64,000 nucleotides of DNA. Source: Sandaracinaceae bacterium (GTDB lineage Bacteria > Myxococcota_A > Polyangia > Polyangiales > Sandaracinaceae). Positions within the stretch are counted from its first letter, which is position 1; every line of letters begins with the position of its first letter. A program made the position numbers and the translations under genes. The stretch lies in NCBI GenBank assembly GCA_044220955.1, contig JBGAQA010000002.1:1-64000 (forward strand), given 5' to 3'. The notes beneath the pieces are model-generated. The model did not search any database and was not told the DNA's origin. It saw nothing but the letters and a program-made list of their open reading frames with translations. Positions 46,763-57,429 of the stretch are shown piece after piece.

Positions 46763-48697
46763 CTACGAGGACGGCCTCAGGCGGCGTGAGCGGAGCTCGA
46801 GGATGCCCACGACCACGACGATGAGGATCATCGCGAGCGTCGAGATCGAGAAGATCATCGGGACGCGCTCCGGATAGGCGAGCGTGAGCGCGATCGCGAC
46901 CGGGACCGGCGCGGCGGACCAGGCGGCGCGGGGGATCACCGTCCCCGACGCGCCTGCGACGACGCCCAGCACGACGAGATCCATCGAGAGCGTCGTGGCG
47001 GGGGGGACGTCGTGCAGGGCGGCCAGGACCCGGTGCACGACCAGCCCCCCGACCGCGAGCATGAAGAGCACCGTGATGCTCCGGCCCACGGCGTTGGCGA
47101 GCAGCCGGCGCCCGCCGAGGACCAGGACGACGCTCAGGGCGCCGAAGACGATCGCCCCGAAGCGCACGACGTCCCAGGGGCCGAACGCGTCGCTCTGGCC
47201 GTCGCCGCGCAGGATCACGAAGGCGGTCATCGCGACGCCGAGCGCGACCAGCGTCGCGAACATCAGCGCGCGTGCGCCCAGCCCGACCGAGATGTCGCTG
47301 TCCGCGTCGAGACTACGGAGGCGCGCGAGCCCGGCCTCCTTGAGTCGCACCCGCTCGTCGAGCGCCGCGATCTCCGACGCGAGCGACGCATCGCCGCCGG
47401 GCAGCTCGGCGAGGAGCGAGCGGGCGGCGCCGGGGTTCTCGCGCGCGAGCTCGTGTCGGATGGCCAGTCGCAAGCAGGCGCTCAGCGCGCGTCGGGCGTC
47501 CTCGTTCTCGGGCCACTCGCGCAGCGCCGACGAGAGCGCGAACCGGCACTCGGTGAGCTTGCGGTCCGCGCCCTCGTGCGCGCCCTCCTCGCCGGCGAAC
47601 ATCGCCTCGAGCACCTGCAGCTCCTGCTTGGCCGAGCGTGTCAGCGCGATCGAGCCGCGGTGGTTGCGCACCTCGTCGATCGCGCGGCGGAAGTCGAGCG
47701 CGCTCGCGAAGCGCTCGGCGGGATCCTTCGCCATCGCGCGGCGTGCGATCGCAGCCAGCTCGCCGGGCACCGACGCGTCGTACACGGGCGGCTCGGGGTC
47801 GTACGCGGCGAGCAGCGTCGCGTGGACGTTCGGCCCCCCGTTCGGCGGGGCGCCCGTGAGGACCTCGTGCAACGTCGCACCGAGGAGGAACACGTCGGTG
47901 CGCGCGTCGATCCTCGCGCGGACCCCGGCGACCATCTCCGGTGCCATGTAGGCGGGCGTGCCCACGAGATCCTGCCCCGTGGCGTCGTCGGTGCGCAGCG
48001 CGACGCCCCAGTCGGCGAGGTAGACCTCCCCGTGCGAGCCGAGGAGCACGTTCTCGGGCTTCACGTCCCGGTGGATCACGCCGCGCTTGTGTGCGAGCTC
48101 GAGCGCGTTCGCGACCTGCACGAAGATCGAGAGGTGCGCGTCGAGGCGGTCCTCGACGCGAGGGGCCAAGGCCTGCCAGCGCGGGTGCTGTGGATCGCGC
48201 ATCAGATCACGCCAGGGCGCGCCGTCGATCCGCTTCATGACGAGGACCAGGCGGCCGCCGCCGTCGAGACCGACCGCGTGCACGGGCACGACGTTGGGAT
48301 GCTCGAGGCGGCCCATGATCGTGGCCTCGGCGCGCAGCATCTCGGTCGCGTGCACGCTCGACGCCTCGTCCTTGAGCACCTTGATCGCCACCTCGCGACC
48401 GAGCGAGCGCTGCCGCGCGAGGTGGACGCGGCCCATGCCGCCCTCGCCGAGCAGGCCGAGGATCTCGAGGTCCGCGCTCGCGTGGGGCTCGCCGCCGTGC
48501 GGGTGCTCGGCGTCGACCCCGCTGAGCGCGATCCGGGGCAGGGGGCCCACGCTCGCGGCCGCGTCCGTGGCCGCCGGGATCGCCGGCCGGCTGCGCGCCA
48601 GCGTCTCGGGTGTGATCGTCGCGTCGAGGGCGAGGTCGACCGAGGGGAGCACTCCGAGCGTCGCCAGCTGCGTCTCGATGTCGATGGAGCCGGTCAC
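46763..48697 (-). CDS. Ser/Thr kinase with multi-TM C-terminus
   Basis: GEGGMG, VAIK, HRDVKPEN, DWG, GTPAYMAPE; ~6 hydrophobic helices; start approximate. Confidence 0.9.
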   Translation of the reverse strand: MTGSIDIETQLATLGVLPSVDLALDATITPETLARSRPAIPAATDAAASVGPLPRIALSGVDAEHPHGGEPHASADLEILGLLGEGGMGRVHLARQRSLGREVAIKVLKDEASSVHATEMLRAEATIMGRLEHPNVVPVHAVGLDGGGRLVLVMKRIDGAPWRDLMRDPQHPRWQALAPRVEDRLDAHLSIFVQVANALELAHKRGVIHRDVKPENVLLGSHGEVYLADWGVALRTDDATGQDLVGTPAYMAPEMVAGVRARIDARTDVFLLGATLHEVLTGAPPNGGPNVHATLLAAYDPEPPVYDASVPGELAAIARRAMAKDPAERFASALDFRRAIDEVRNHRGSIALTRSAKQELQVLEAMFAGEEGAHEGADRKLTECRFALSSALREWPENEDARRALSACLRLAIRHELARENPGAARSLLAELPGGDASLASEIAALDERVRLKEAGLARLRSLDADSDISVGLGARALMFATLVALGVAMTAFVILRGDGQSDAFGPWDVVRFGAIVFGALSVVLVLGGRRLLANAVGRSITVLFMLAVGGLVVHRVLAALHDVPPATTLSMDLVVLGVVAGASGTVIPRAAWSAAPVPVAIALTLAYPERVPMIFSISTLAMILIVVVVGILELRSRRLRPSS

Positions 48698-48865
48698 GAC
48701 GTCCGCGTCATCGGTCAGTCTCGATCGGCGGCCGCGCGTCCACAAGGGGGCACCGCCTGCGCACTGTGCAGGCGCTTGCGCACTCCCGAGCCCGGAAACG
48801 ACGCGGATCCGGGGGTGCACGGTCCTTGCGTGTGCGTAGGTTGGACCGCGGGGGTGGAGAAGACG

Positions 48866-49747
48866 ATGCGAGCTCGCGCTGGACTGATCTTCGTGGTGCT
48901 CGGTGCCCTCGCCCTGGCCGCGTGCAGCGACGACGACGGGCGCGGGCTCGCCGGACCGCCGCGCGACGCAGGGACGAGCGTCCCGCGGGACGCGGCCATG
49001 GTCCCCTCCGGTCTGCCCTGCGACGTCGCCACGGTGATGGCCGCGCGCTGCACCGTCTGCCACGGCGCGACACCGCTCGCGCCGGCCCCGATGTCCCTCT
49101 TGACCTACGAGGATCTGACGCGGCCCTCGATCACGATGCCCGGCACGAGCGTCGTCGCGCTGAGCATCGCGCGCATGCGGGACGCCCGCTCGCCGATGCC
49201 GCCGGGGACGATGCCGACGGCGACCGCCGCCGAGATCGCGACGCTCGAGGCGTGGGTGGCCGCCGGGACGCCGCGCGGAACGTGCACCGACCCCACCGAC
49301 CCCTACGGCACGCCGGTGATGTGCTCGTCGGGGACGCACTGGACGCTGGGGGACGAGGGCTCCGAGCTCATGCGGCCCGGCCGGGCGTGCATCAGCTGCC
49401 ACGCCACCAGCGGTGACCCCGGGGAGCCACCCCCGCCGGCGTTCTCGATCGCCGGCACCGTGTACCCGTCCGCGCACGAGCCGGACGACTGCAACGGCGT
49501 GCGCGGCGACGGCTCGGCGGCCATCGTCGTCGAGGTGCGCGGCCACGACGGGAACGTGCAGATGCTCTACCCGAACGAGGCGGGGAACTTCTTCTCCCTC
49601 GATCCGATCGCGCTGCCGCTCACGGCCGTGGTTCACTACCAGGGCCGGACGCGCGCGATGGTGACGGAGCAGCCGAGCGGCGACTGCAACAGCTGCCACA
49701 CCGAGGGCGGCACCTCGATGGCGCCCGGCCGCATCCTCTTGCCCTGA
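48866..49747 (+). CDS. Tri-heme c-type cytochrome lipoprotein
   Basis: LAAC lipobox; CTVCH, CISCH, CNSCH. Confidence 0.82.
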   Translation: MRARAGLIFVVLGALALAACSDDDGRGLAGPPRDAGTSVPRDAAMVPSGLPCDVATVMAARCTVCHGATPLAPAPMSLLTYEDLTRPSITMPGTSVVALSIARMRDARSPMPPGTMPTATAAEIATLEAWVAAGTPRGTCTDPTDPYGTPVMCSSGTHWTLGDEGSELMRPGRACISCHATSGDPGEPPPPAFSIAGTVYPSAHEPDDCNGVRGDGSAAIVVEVRGHDGNVQMLYPNEAGNFFSLDPIALPLTAVVHYQGRTRAMVTEQPSGDCNSCHTEGGTSMAPGRILLP

Positions 49748-49762
49748 CCTCGTTCTCGAGGC

Positions 49763-50479
49763 TCACATCAGGCGCTGCAGACCCCAGGGGGGCGCGGCGT
49801 TGACGAGCACGCCCGCGCGGCAGGTCATCCGCACCTGCGCGAACGTGGCGCCCGCCTTCGTCGCGGTCCACGTGTAGTCGCCGGGCGGGACGTTCGCGAA
49901 GAGCACGCCGCCGTCGTCCGACGTCTCGGTCAGCGAGCGCTGCGGGATGACGGAGGAGTTGAAGTACACCGGACCGGACGTCGCGGGCAGCGGCGGATCG
50001 AGCGTGACCGTCACGCCGGCCTCCCCGTGCGCGCCCGGGTCGTACACCGAGCGGCCGATGCGCGTGACGGTCGTGACCATCTGGCAGGCCGCCGGGTCGA
50101 TGGTCAGCGAGAGAACGCCAGCGAGCGCGTCGCGCACGTCCGGGGTCACGGCCTGGAAGGTCACGCGCGAGAGGCCCGCCGCCGGCACCTCGAAGGTCGC
50201 CGTCTGGACGAGGATGTAGTCCGGGTGCTCCATGACGAGCGATGCGTCGCTGCCGACGGGCACTCCGGGGATCAGGAAGTGCCCCGCGGCATCCGTCGTC
50301 GCGCCGAGCGTGGGATCCTCGAGCACGAACACGTGCGCGCCGGCGATCCCGCCGCTGATGCCCACGCTGAAGTCGAACGCGTCGCCGCTGATCGTGGCGG
50401 TCGCAGGCGTGGGCGCGCCGCAGCTCGCGAGCGAGAGAGCGGAGAAGAGGAGAGCGGAGAGGGACGCGAGACGCGACAT
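49763..50479 (-). CDS. Lipoprotein with carboxypeptidase-regulatory-like domains
   Basis: LASC lipobox; TTDAAGHFLIPGVP, FANVPPGDY. Confidence 0.75.
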   Translation of the reverse strand: MSRLASLSALLFSALSLASCGAPTPATATISGDAFDFSVGISGGIAGAHVFVLEDPTLGATTDAAGHFLIPGVPVGSDASLVMEHPDYILVQTATFEVPAAGLSRVTFQAVTPDVRDALAGVLSLTIDPAACQMVTTVTRIGRSVYDPGAHGEAGVTVTLDPPLPATSGPVYFNSSVIPQRSLTETSDDGGVLFANVPPGDYTWTATKAGATFAQVRMTCRAGVLVNAAPPWGLQRLM

Positions 50480-50503
50480 GGCGCCGACCCTCGCATGCCT
50501 CGG

Positions 50504-50896
50504 TCAGCGGCGCCGCGACAGCGCGTGCGCGATCTCGCGAGCCCGGAGCGCCTCTTCCTCGAGCCCGCAGGCATCGAGGACGCTCGCGCGGAGCCGAAAG
50601 AGGCGGCAGAGACGGCGCGGTCCTCCGCCGGGCGGCGCGAGGGCCCCGAGCGCACGCGCGTCGAGCCGGAGCGCCACCTCCGGCGAGAGCTGCGTCGAGG
50701 CGCCGATCGCCGCGTCGATCTCCGCGAGCGCGGCGCGCACGTCACCACGCCCGAGCGCCTCGCGCGCGCGACCGAGCGCGGCGTCCGTCCGGCGCGCCTC
50801 GGACTCGGCATCGCTGCGCACCTCGACCGCGCTCGTGCGGGCGATCGCCGCGGCGAGCTGCCGCACGGCGCGGGCGATCGGGTCTTGCTCGACCAC
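50504..50896 (-). CDS. Hypothetical TPR-like protein
   Basis: Amphipathic helical pattern; fills the gap between co-oriented genes. Confidence 0.45.
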   Translation of the reverse strand: MVEQDPIARAVRQLAAAIARTSAVEVRSDAESEARRTDAALGRAREALGRGDVRAALAEIDAAIGASTQLSPEVALRLDARALGALAPPGGGPRRLCRLFRLRASVLDACGLEEEALRAREIAHALSRRR

Positions 50897-50939
50897 ACGC
50901 GCAGAACGCTCGGCGGGCAGCGTTCATTTCGCGCACGCG

Positions 50940-52496
50940 TCACGGGTCGTCGAAGCCGTCGTCGTAGATCGGGACGGCGCCCGACACCGACGAGGGCTGA
51001 TCGTCGCCGGGCACGCCGTGCGGACGGCGCCGGTGCCCGCCCGGATGGTGCGCGGGCGGTGTGGGCGGCACGGCGACGGCAGTCGCCGGGACCGGCTCGG
51101 GCGTGGAGGGAACGGTCACCGCGGTGAGGGGTGGCGGCACGGGCGGACTCGCGGCGATGCTGGTCGAGGGAGGCGGCGTCGCGACGACGGCGGCGACGGT
51201 CGGCGGCGGCGCAGCATCCCCTCCGCGTCCCGCGATCAGCACGCCCGCGAGGATGCCGATGGTCACGAGCGCGATCGCACCCGCAGCGATCGCGATCATC
51301 CGATCGCGACCCATGGCCGGCGCGGCCGGCGTGGCCGCCGGGGGCGACGCGAAGGACCCCGTGCGGCGCGGCGCCGACGCCTCCTGGAACGCGTTCGGCC
51401 CGACGCTGTCCTCCCCGTCGGCGTGGTACTGCACACCGGGAGCGGAGACCGTCATCGTGCGCAGCGCGTTGCCGCGCTTCATCGAGCGCTCCTCCGGCAC
51501 CGCCTCCGTCTTCGGCAGCGAGACGCCCGAGAGGCTCTCCGGCAGCGCCGCCCGGCGCGCCTCGAGCCGCTCGCCGAGCACGGCCTCGAGGACCTCCGCG
51601 ACGCGACCGGCGTCCACGTTGTTCGCCGCGGGCAGCGCGTCGCCCAGCATCCGGCGGAAGTCCTGCGCGGTCTGGGGGCGCTGCGAAGGATCCGGGGCGA
51701 GCGCCGCGAGCACGACGCGGTCGAGCGCCGGCGAGATGCCCGGGGCGAGCTGGCTCGGCGGCGCGATCTTGGGGGCCCGCACCTGATCGAGGATCTGCAG
51801 GTCGTTCGCGCCGGTGAACATCCGGTGCATCGTCAGCATCTCCCACAGGACGATGCCGAGCGCGTAGACGTCGGTGCGGCGATCGACCGCGTGCCCGTAG
51901 GCCTGCTCCGGCGCCATGTAGCGCAGCTTGCCCTTGAGCGAGCCGGTCTCGGTCTTCTTGCCGGAGCTCGAGGCGGCCTTGGCGATGCCGAAGTCGATGA
52001 GCTTCACGTGTCCCGTCATCGAGAGGATCACGTTCTGCGGGCTCACGTCGCGGTGCACGACGCCGAGCGGCTCGCCCGCGTCGCCGCGCAGCTCGTGCGC
52101 CGCGTGCAGGCCGTCCGCGAGGCGCATCGCGATCCAGACGGCGAGGTCCGGCGCGAGGCGCCGCTCGAGCTTGGCGAGCGAGCCGAGGAGCGTGGAGAGC
52201 GCGCTCCCGTGCACGTACTCCATCGCGAGGAAGTACGTGCCGTGGTCCTCGCCCAGCTCCTCGACGTGCACCACGTTCGGGTGCTGGATGCGCGCCGAGA
52301 GCAGCGCCTCGTCGATGAACATCCGGATGAAGCCCTGGTCCTCCGCGAGGTGCGGGTGCACGACCTTGATCGCGACGTGCCGCGAGAACCCGGCCGCGCC
52401 CACGCGGCGCGCGAGGAAGAGCGTCGCCATCCCGCCGGCCTTCAGCCGCGCGATGATCTCGTAGTCGCGGATGCGGCTGCCGACGTCGATGGCCAC
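50940..52496 (-). CDS. Membrane-anchored Ser/Thr kinase, close paralogue of 13469-15190
   Basis: AGGMATLF, VAIKVVH, HRDVSPQN, DFG, YMAPEQ; TM. Confidence 0.93.
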   Translation of the reverse strand: MAIDVGSRIRDYEIIARLKAGGMATLFLARRVGAAGFSRHVAIKVVHPHLAEDQGFIRMFIDEALLSARIQHPNVVHVEELGEDHGTYFLAMEYVHGSALSTLLGSLAKLERRLAPDLAVWIAMRLADGLHAAHELRGDAGEPLGVVHRDVSPQNVILSMTGHVKLIDFGIAKAASSSGKKTETGSLKGKLRYMAPEQAYGHAVDRRTDVYALGIVLWEMLTMHRMFTGANDLQILDQVRAPKIAPPSQLAPGISPALDRVVLAALAPDPSQRPQTAQDFRRMLGDALPAANNVDAGRVAEVLEAVLGERLEARRAALPESLSGVSLPKTEAVPEERSMKRGNALRTMTVSAPGVQYHADGEDSVGPNAFQEASAPRRTGSFASPPAATPAAPAMGRDRMIAIAAGAIALVTIGILAGVLIAGRGGDAAPPPTVAAVVATPPPSTSIAASPPVPPPLTAVTVPSTPEPVPATAVAVPPTPPAHHPGGHRRRPHGVPGDDQPSSVSGAVPIYDDGFDDP

Positions 52497-52545
52497 GCGG
52501 CCGATTGTAGCGCCGGATCGCGCCGCCCGTGAAATCCGGATCGGG

Positions 52546-54204
52546 TCAGCGGATCACGTAGAGCAGCTCCACCTCGAGGAAGTGGACCGGGCCGGTCGTG
52601 TAGTTCGCGGCGCCGACGGGCCGCCATGCCGCCGTCTCGGGGAGGAAGACGCCGTACATCACGCGGCCACGCAGGCCCGGGAACGGGGTCCAGAGGACCG
52701 CGAGGTTCCCCTCCTGCCCGGCGTAGTTGCTGGCGATGCCGGCGGCGCGCTCGGGAACGACGAAGACGTGCCAGTCGAGGTTGATCACCAGCTGGTCGAC
52801 GGGCCTGCCCGAGAAGTGGAACGCGCCCGCCGCGCTGTTGGTGCGATGGCCCATCACGTCCGTGAAGCCCAGGAACGCGTGCGCGGTCGGGAACAGCGTG
52901 TCGTAGCCCTCCTGGATGGAGTCCGTGCAGCCCGCGCCCGTGCAGGGTGCGTTGCCGGACCCGTAGCTCCCCTCGAGCGCGAAGCGCAGCCGATCCTCGA
53001 CGGCGTAGACCCCGACCTCGCCGAGCGCGATCCCCGCGAGCACCGTCTGCGCGCTGCCGAACCCGCCCGTGACCGCCCGCGCCGCGCCCTCGCGCCCGGT
53101 CTGGAACGCGCCCTCGACGCGCACGTCGACGGCGTCGATGCGGTACCGGAAGCGGCTGCCGATCGTCGCGCGCAGCGACCACTCGCGCTCCGTCGTCATA
53201 CCCATCGCGTCGGTGGCGAGGCGGTTGTTCGTCTGACGGAACAGGGCGTACACGTCGAGCGCGGTGGTCGGCCGCGCGTCGAGCAGCGGGCCGAGGCCCG
53301 CGTAGAGGCCGTAGAAGTACTGGTCGGCCTGTCCGAAGCCGGCGTTCGCGGGCGCGCCGGTGAGCGAGACGGCGTGGCCCTCGTTCACGAGCGTCCAGAA
53401 CGCGTCGATCCAGTACGAGCTCGGCTGGGGCGTGATGTGGACACGCGCGCCGTCGAAGGCGCGGCCGTTCGGGTGCCAGTCGAGGTTGCCGATGACGACG
53501 CCCTCGCCGTAGTTCATCTCGAAGCGGCCGATCTCGGCGCGCACGACCGGCCCGAGCTGCAGGGCGAGGCTCCCCTCGTGCAGGCCCAGCATCGCGTCGA
53601 CGCCACCGCCCGAGCTCGAGGCGCCGATGCCGCCCGGCACGGCGACGCCGAAGCCGGGGAGCGCCCAGTAGCCCGCGACCTGCGGCAGGAAGCGGATCAC
53701 GGCGCTGACGTCGGGGCCGAGCGTGAGGTTCGTGATCTCGAAGCCGGCCCGCGCTCGGTAGCGGATGCAGTCGCTGTCGGCCAGCGTGGGCGTCATCCCG
53801 ACGCCGCCGTAGCAGCCGACGGTCTGGAGCGCGCGCGTCGAGCCGAGGGCGTCGTAGCCCTCGCGGTGCTCGAAGCGCGTCATCATGTACGCGAGTGGAC
53901 GGAGCGTCGGTCCGGTCGGCGCCGCGGGCGTCGCCGCCGCTGCGGCCGCGGCCGCCTCCAGCGCCGCGACGCGCGCGCGCGCCTCCTCGAGCTCCGTGGC
54001 TCGGGCCTGGCTCTGGGCCTCGAGCGCCGCGAGGCGGGCCTCGACGCTGGGCCCCGGCGGCGGCACCTCGGCCGCTTGCTCCGGTGGCGGCGCCGTGTCG
54101 CCCGATCCGGGCTGCGGCGGCTGCGCGAGCGCGGTGGACCCCACACACATGGACGCGCCGAGCGCGCATCCGAGCAACCGACTCGAGATCGTTCCCCAGC
54201 TCAT
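52546..54204 (-). CDS. Alginate-export-family outer-membrane beta-barrel
   Basis: Signal peptide, short coiled coil, RFEHRE, GNLDW...RAFDG, LFPTAHAFLG..D. Confidence 0.75.
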   Translation of the reverse strand: MSWGTISSRLLGCALGASMCVGSTALAQPPQPGSGDTAPPPEQAAEVPPPGPSVEARLAALEAQSQARATELEEARARVAALEAAAAAAAATPAAPTGPTLRPLAYMMTRFEHREGYDALGSTRALQTVGCYGGVGMTPTLADSDCIRYRARAGFEITNLTLGPDVSAVIRFLPQVAGYWALPGFGVAVPGGIGASSSGGGVDAMLGLHEGSLALQLGPVVRAEIGRFEMNYGEGVVIGNLDWHPNGRAFDGARVHITPQPSSYWIDAFWTLVNEGHAVSLTGAPANAGFGQADQYFYGLYAGLGPLLDARPTTALDVYALFRQTNNRLATDAMGMTTEREWSLRATIGSRFRYRIDAVDVRVEGAFQTGREGAARAVTGGFGSAQTVLAGIALGEVGVYAVEDRLRFALEGSYGSGNAPCTGAGCTDSIQEGYDTLFPTAHAFLGFTDVMGHRTNSAAGAFHFSGRPVDQLVINLDWHVFVVPERAAGIASNYAGQEGNLAVLWTPFPGLRGRVMYGVFLPETAAWRPVGAANYTTGPVHFLEVELLYVIR

Positions 54205-54878
54205 CGCTCGTCCTCCCTCGTGGCGCCGTGCCCTTCCGCGTGCGCCGCCAGTAGCTCGCGCGCCCGAGCCACCACTGGCTCGAGCGGCGCGTCCACGCCG
54301 TCCGCCTGCACCGCCACGCGCCCCTCTGCGTCGAGGAGCGTCACGATCGCGCTGTGCACGAACTGCCCGTCCGCCGTTCGCCGGTACTGCACACCGAGCG
54401 CCATCGCCAGCTCGCGCACCGCGTCCTGGTCGCCGCGCAGCAGGCTGTAGCGCGGCGTCGGGAGCGAGCGCTCCGCCGCGAGCGCGCGCAGCCGCTCCGG
54501 CGTGTCGTTGTCGGGGTCGAACGTGACGAGCACCACGCGCAGCCGCGCGCGCTCCTCGGGCGAGAGCGCCTCGTCGACGCGTACGACCTCCGAGATCAGC
54601 AGCGGGCACACCGTCGTGCACGACCCGTAGAACATCAAGACGAGCACCGGCTCTCCGCGGAGCGAGACGAGGCTGAACGGGCGCTCGTCCTGATCGGTGA
54701 ACGCGGCGTCGAGCTGATAGAGGGAGGCGCCGTCGAGGGGGCCGAGCGCAGGGAGCCCGGCGTGCTCGTGGTCGTGCTGGCAAGCGCAGTGCGGGGCCTC
54801 CTCGGCCTCGTGCCCGCAAGCGACGACGAGCATCGCCGCGAGCGCGAGCGCACCACCTCGAACGATCGTGGACGTCAT
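54201..54878 (-). CDS. SCO-family copper chaperone lipoprotein
   Basis: FYGSCTTVCP, TFDPDNDTPE, FVHSA; His-rich N-terminus. Confidence 0.92.
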   Translation of the reverse strand: MTSTIVRGGALALAAMLVVACGHEAEEAPHCACQHDHEHAGLPALGPLDGASLYQLDAAFTDQDERPFSLVSLRGEPVLVLMFYGSCTTVCPLLISEVVRVDEALSPEERARLRVVLVTFDPDNDTPERLRALAAERSLPTPRYSLLRGDQDAVRELAMALGVQYRRTADGQFVHSAIVTLLDAEGRVAVQADGVDAPLEPVVARARELLAAHAEGHGATREDER

Positions 54879-55690
54879 CGTGGCTCCGTGGCGACGCTGC
54901 GAACGCAGCGGAATCCGAGGTTGTGGACCGTGTAGGACGCGCGGAGGCTCGAGCGGAACGCGTAGCGCATGAACGCGGCGTAGTCGGCGACGTCGGCCGC
55001 GCCGAGGCTCGCCCCGCCGCAGAAGCGCGACGCCTGGGCGTCGCCGCGCGTGCGGTCGTCCACGCTCACCATGGACGCGTTGAAGTCGTCGACCCACTCC
55101 CAGATCAGGCCGTGCAGGTCGCGGATGCCGAACACGTTGGGCTCGAGCGAGCCGACGTCGCCGATGGCCGCGTGCGGTCGCGTGTAGAAGTCCAGGATGC
55201 GCGCGACGAACTCCGGGTCGCGGTGCGCGTCGGCCGTGTGGGCGTCCGCCTGCGCGGCGAGCTCCCACTCGGCCTCCGTCGGCAGGCGCTCCCCCTGCGC
55301 GCGACAGTACGCGCGCGCCGCGTACCAGGACACGAAGGTGACGGGCTGCTCGGGCCGAGCGCTCGCGCCGAGCTCGGTGTCGCCGGCCCAGTGCGAGAGG
55401 TACTGCGCGTCGGCGAAGAGGCGCGCGACCGTGGTGCGCTGCCAGCGCGCGCTCTCCCGAACGAACGCGAGGAACTCGGCGTTCGTGACGGCGTGCTCGT
55501 CCATGTCGAACGCCTCGACGTCGACCGGCTGACCGGTGGAGCCGGAGTAGAACGGCACGAAGCGCGCGGATGGCACGCGGTGCATGAGCGCTGCTCGGTC
55601 CTGCGCGACGAGCCGCGGGCCCGGCGCGCTGGCCAGCGCCAGCGCCAGGGCCGTCAGGACGAGCGAGCTGCGAGCAGCGCCCATGGCCAT
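54875..55690 (-). CDS. nirV: NirV-like FGE-sulfatase domain protein
   Basis: VTNAEF, PV.FVSW, RLPTEAEWE, DLHGLIWEW, LGFRC; directly downstream of nirK. Confidence 0.8.
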   Translation of the reverse strand: MAMGAARSSLVLTALALALASAPGPRLVAQDRAALMHRVPSARFVPFYSGSTGQPVDVEAFDMDEHAVTNAEFLAFVRESARWQRTTVARLFADAQYLSHWAGDTELGASARPEQPVTFVSWYAARAYCRAQGERLPTEAEWELAAQADAHTADAHRDPEFVARILDFYTRPHAAIGDVGSLEPNVFGIRDLHGLIWEWVDDFNASMVSVDDRTRGDAQASRFCGGASLGAADVADYAAFMRYAFRSSLRASYTVHNLGFRCVRSVATEPR

Positions 55691-55694
55691 TCCT

Positions 55695-57173
55695 CTACGG
55701 GTGTCCGCCCGGCGGCGGCGGGAGCGTGGCGCGGACGGCGGCCACCTGCTCGGCGGTGACGGGGTCGGTCGCGGTGTTGCCGAAGTGGGTCCGCACGTAG
55801 GTCAGGACCTCGGCGATCTCGTGGTCGGTCAGGTTCGCCAGCGGCGGCATGACGCCGTTGAAGGTCTGGCCGTTGACGGTGACGGGGCCGTTCAGGCCGG
55901 CCAGGACCGTGTGGATGGCGCGGTCGCGATCGGCCATCAGGTAGTCGGAGCTCGCGAGCGGCGGGAACACACCCGCGAGGCCGGTCGCGTCGCGCTGGTG
56001 GCAGGTCGAGCAGATGCCGATGAAGGTCGCCTCGCCCTGTCCGCCGACGCCCCCGTCGGCGCCGCTCGTGGCGACCGCGCCCGTGTGCTCGCCGAGGTAG
56101 GTCTCGTCCATCTGCCGCCCCGAGTACACGACGGTGTTCTCGTCGCCCGAGACGCGGAGCATGCCGAGGGCGCCGTGGTTGAAGGCGCGGATCAGCGCGT
56201 GGTCGACGAGGATGTACGTGCCCGGGATGTCGACCCGGAAGTCGACGATCGCCGAGCCACCCGGCGGCACGGACGTCGTCTGCACGTCGGTGGACTGCGT
56301 GGAGCCGCCCTCCGGCCACACGCGGTCGAAGATCTCGCCGATGACGTGGAACGAGCTGGTCAGGTTCGGGCCGCCGACGCCGAAGAAGATGCGGACCGTC
56401 TGGCCGACGTCGGCGGTGATCGCGCGATCGCCGACGAGCGCGCCGTCGCGGCCGTTGAAGAGGATGTACGCGGGGTCCTCGTGGATCGCGCGGGCCATCG
56501 AGAAGGGCTGCAGGCCCGGCTCGCGGTAGTCGCCCTGCGTGTAGAAGTCGCCCTGCACCACGTAGTACTCGTGATCGACCGTCGGGTAGCCCTCCTCGGG
56601 CTCGACGACGATCAGGCCGTACATGCCGTTCGCCACGTGCATGCCGACCGGCGGGGTCGCGCAGTGATAGATGTACACGCCCGGGTTCAGCGCCTGGAAC
56701 GAGAACTGGGTCTGGTGGCCCGGCGCGGTGAAGGTGCTCGTCGCACCGCCGCCCGGACCGGTGACCGCGTGCAGATCGATGTTGTGCGGCATCGTCGAGT
56801 CGGGGCGGTTCGCGAGGTGCAGCTCGACGTAGTCGCCGCGCCGAACGCGGATCATCGGGCCGGGCACCGTGCCCCCGTAGGTCCAGAAGGTGTACGTCAC
56901 GCCGTCCGCGATCTCGCGCGTCGTCTCCTGCACCTCGAGCGTCACGCGGACGTGCGCGGGCGCGTCGCGATCGACCGGCGGGGCGGCGAGCGGCGGCACG
57001 CCGAGGACGGCGTCGACGACCGGCAGCGAGGCGACGTCGATCTCCGGTATGGGTCGCTGGGTCGGGTCGACCGGCGCCGGCTCGGCGGGCTCGGGCGCCT
57101 CCGTGGCAGGGGGCGAGCCGCACGCGAGCAGCACGCTCGCGGCGAGAAAGGGTACGTATGAGCGCGCGGCCAT
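55695..57173 (-). CDS. nirK: Copper nitrite reductase lipoprotein with C-terminal cytochrome c fusion
   Basis: [37 protein letters not shown]...FPPLA...MP. Confidence 0.96.
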   Translation of the reverse strand: MAARSYVPFLAASVLLACGSPPATEAPEPAEPAPVDPTQRPIPEIDVASLPVVDAVLGVPPLAAPPVDRDAPAHVRVTLEVQETTREIADGVTYTFWTYGGTVPGPMIRVRRGDYVELHLANRPDSTMPHNIDLHAVTGPGGGATSTFTAPGHQTQFSFQALNPGVYIYHCATPPVGMHVANGMYGLIVVEPEEGYPTVDHEYYVVQGDFYTQGDYREPGLQPFSMARAIHEDPAYILFNGRDGALVGDRAITADVGQTVRIFFGVGGPNLTSSFHVIGEIFDRVWPEGGSTQSTDVQTTSVPPGGSAIVDFRVDIPGTYILVDHALIRAFNHGALGMLRVSGDENTVVYSGRQMDETYLGEHTGAVATSGADGGVGGQGEATFIGICSTCHQRDATGLAGVFPPLASSDYLMADRDRAIHTVLAGLNGPVTVNGQTFNGVMPPLANLTDHEIAEVLTYVRTHFGNTATDPVTAEQVAAVRATLPPPPGGHP

Positions 57174-57224
57174 GAGGTCACCTCCGTCTTCGCGGGAGCC
57201 CTAGGCCCCATCCCCGCAGCAGGC

Positions 57225-57238
57225 ATGACCCAGATCAG
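57225..57238. promoter_or_regulatory. Fnr/DNR-type box upstream of nirK
   Basis: ATGAC-CCAG-ATCAG. Confidence 0.75.
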
Positions 57239-57429
57239 CTACCGCGGGCTCGCAGCTCGAGGACGATGGCGAGGCGGAAGAACGCGCGACGACGCCCGCG
57301 CTCACGGCCAGGGCCGCCAGCGGGGCGTCGTCTTCTACGTCGGCGCGCACGATCAGCCCGAGTGCTCGGCAGCGCGAGCACCTGCTCCGGCCCAGGACGG
57401 GCCGGAGCTCGAGCACGGAGCACGGGTGG

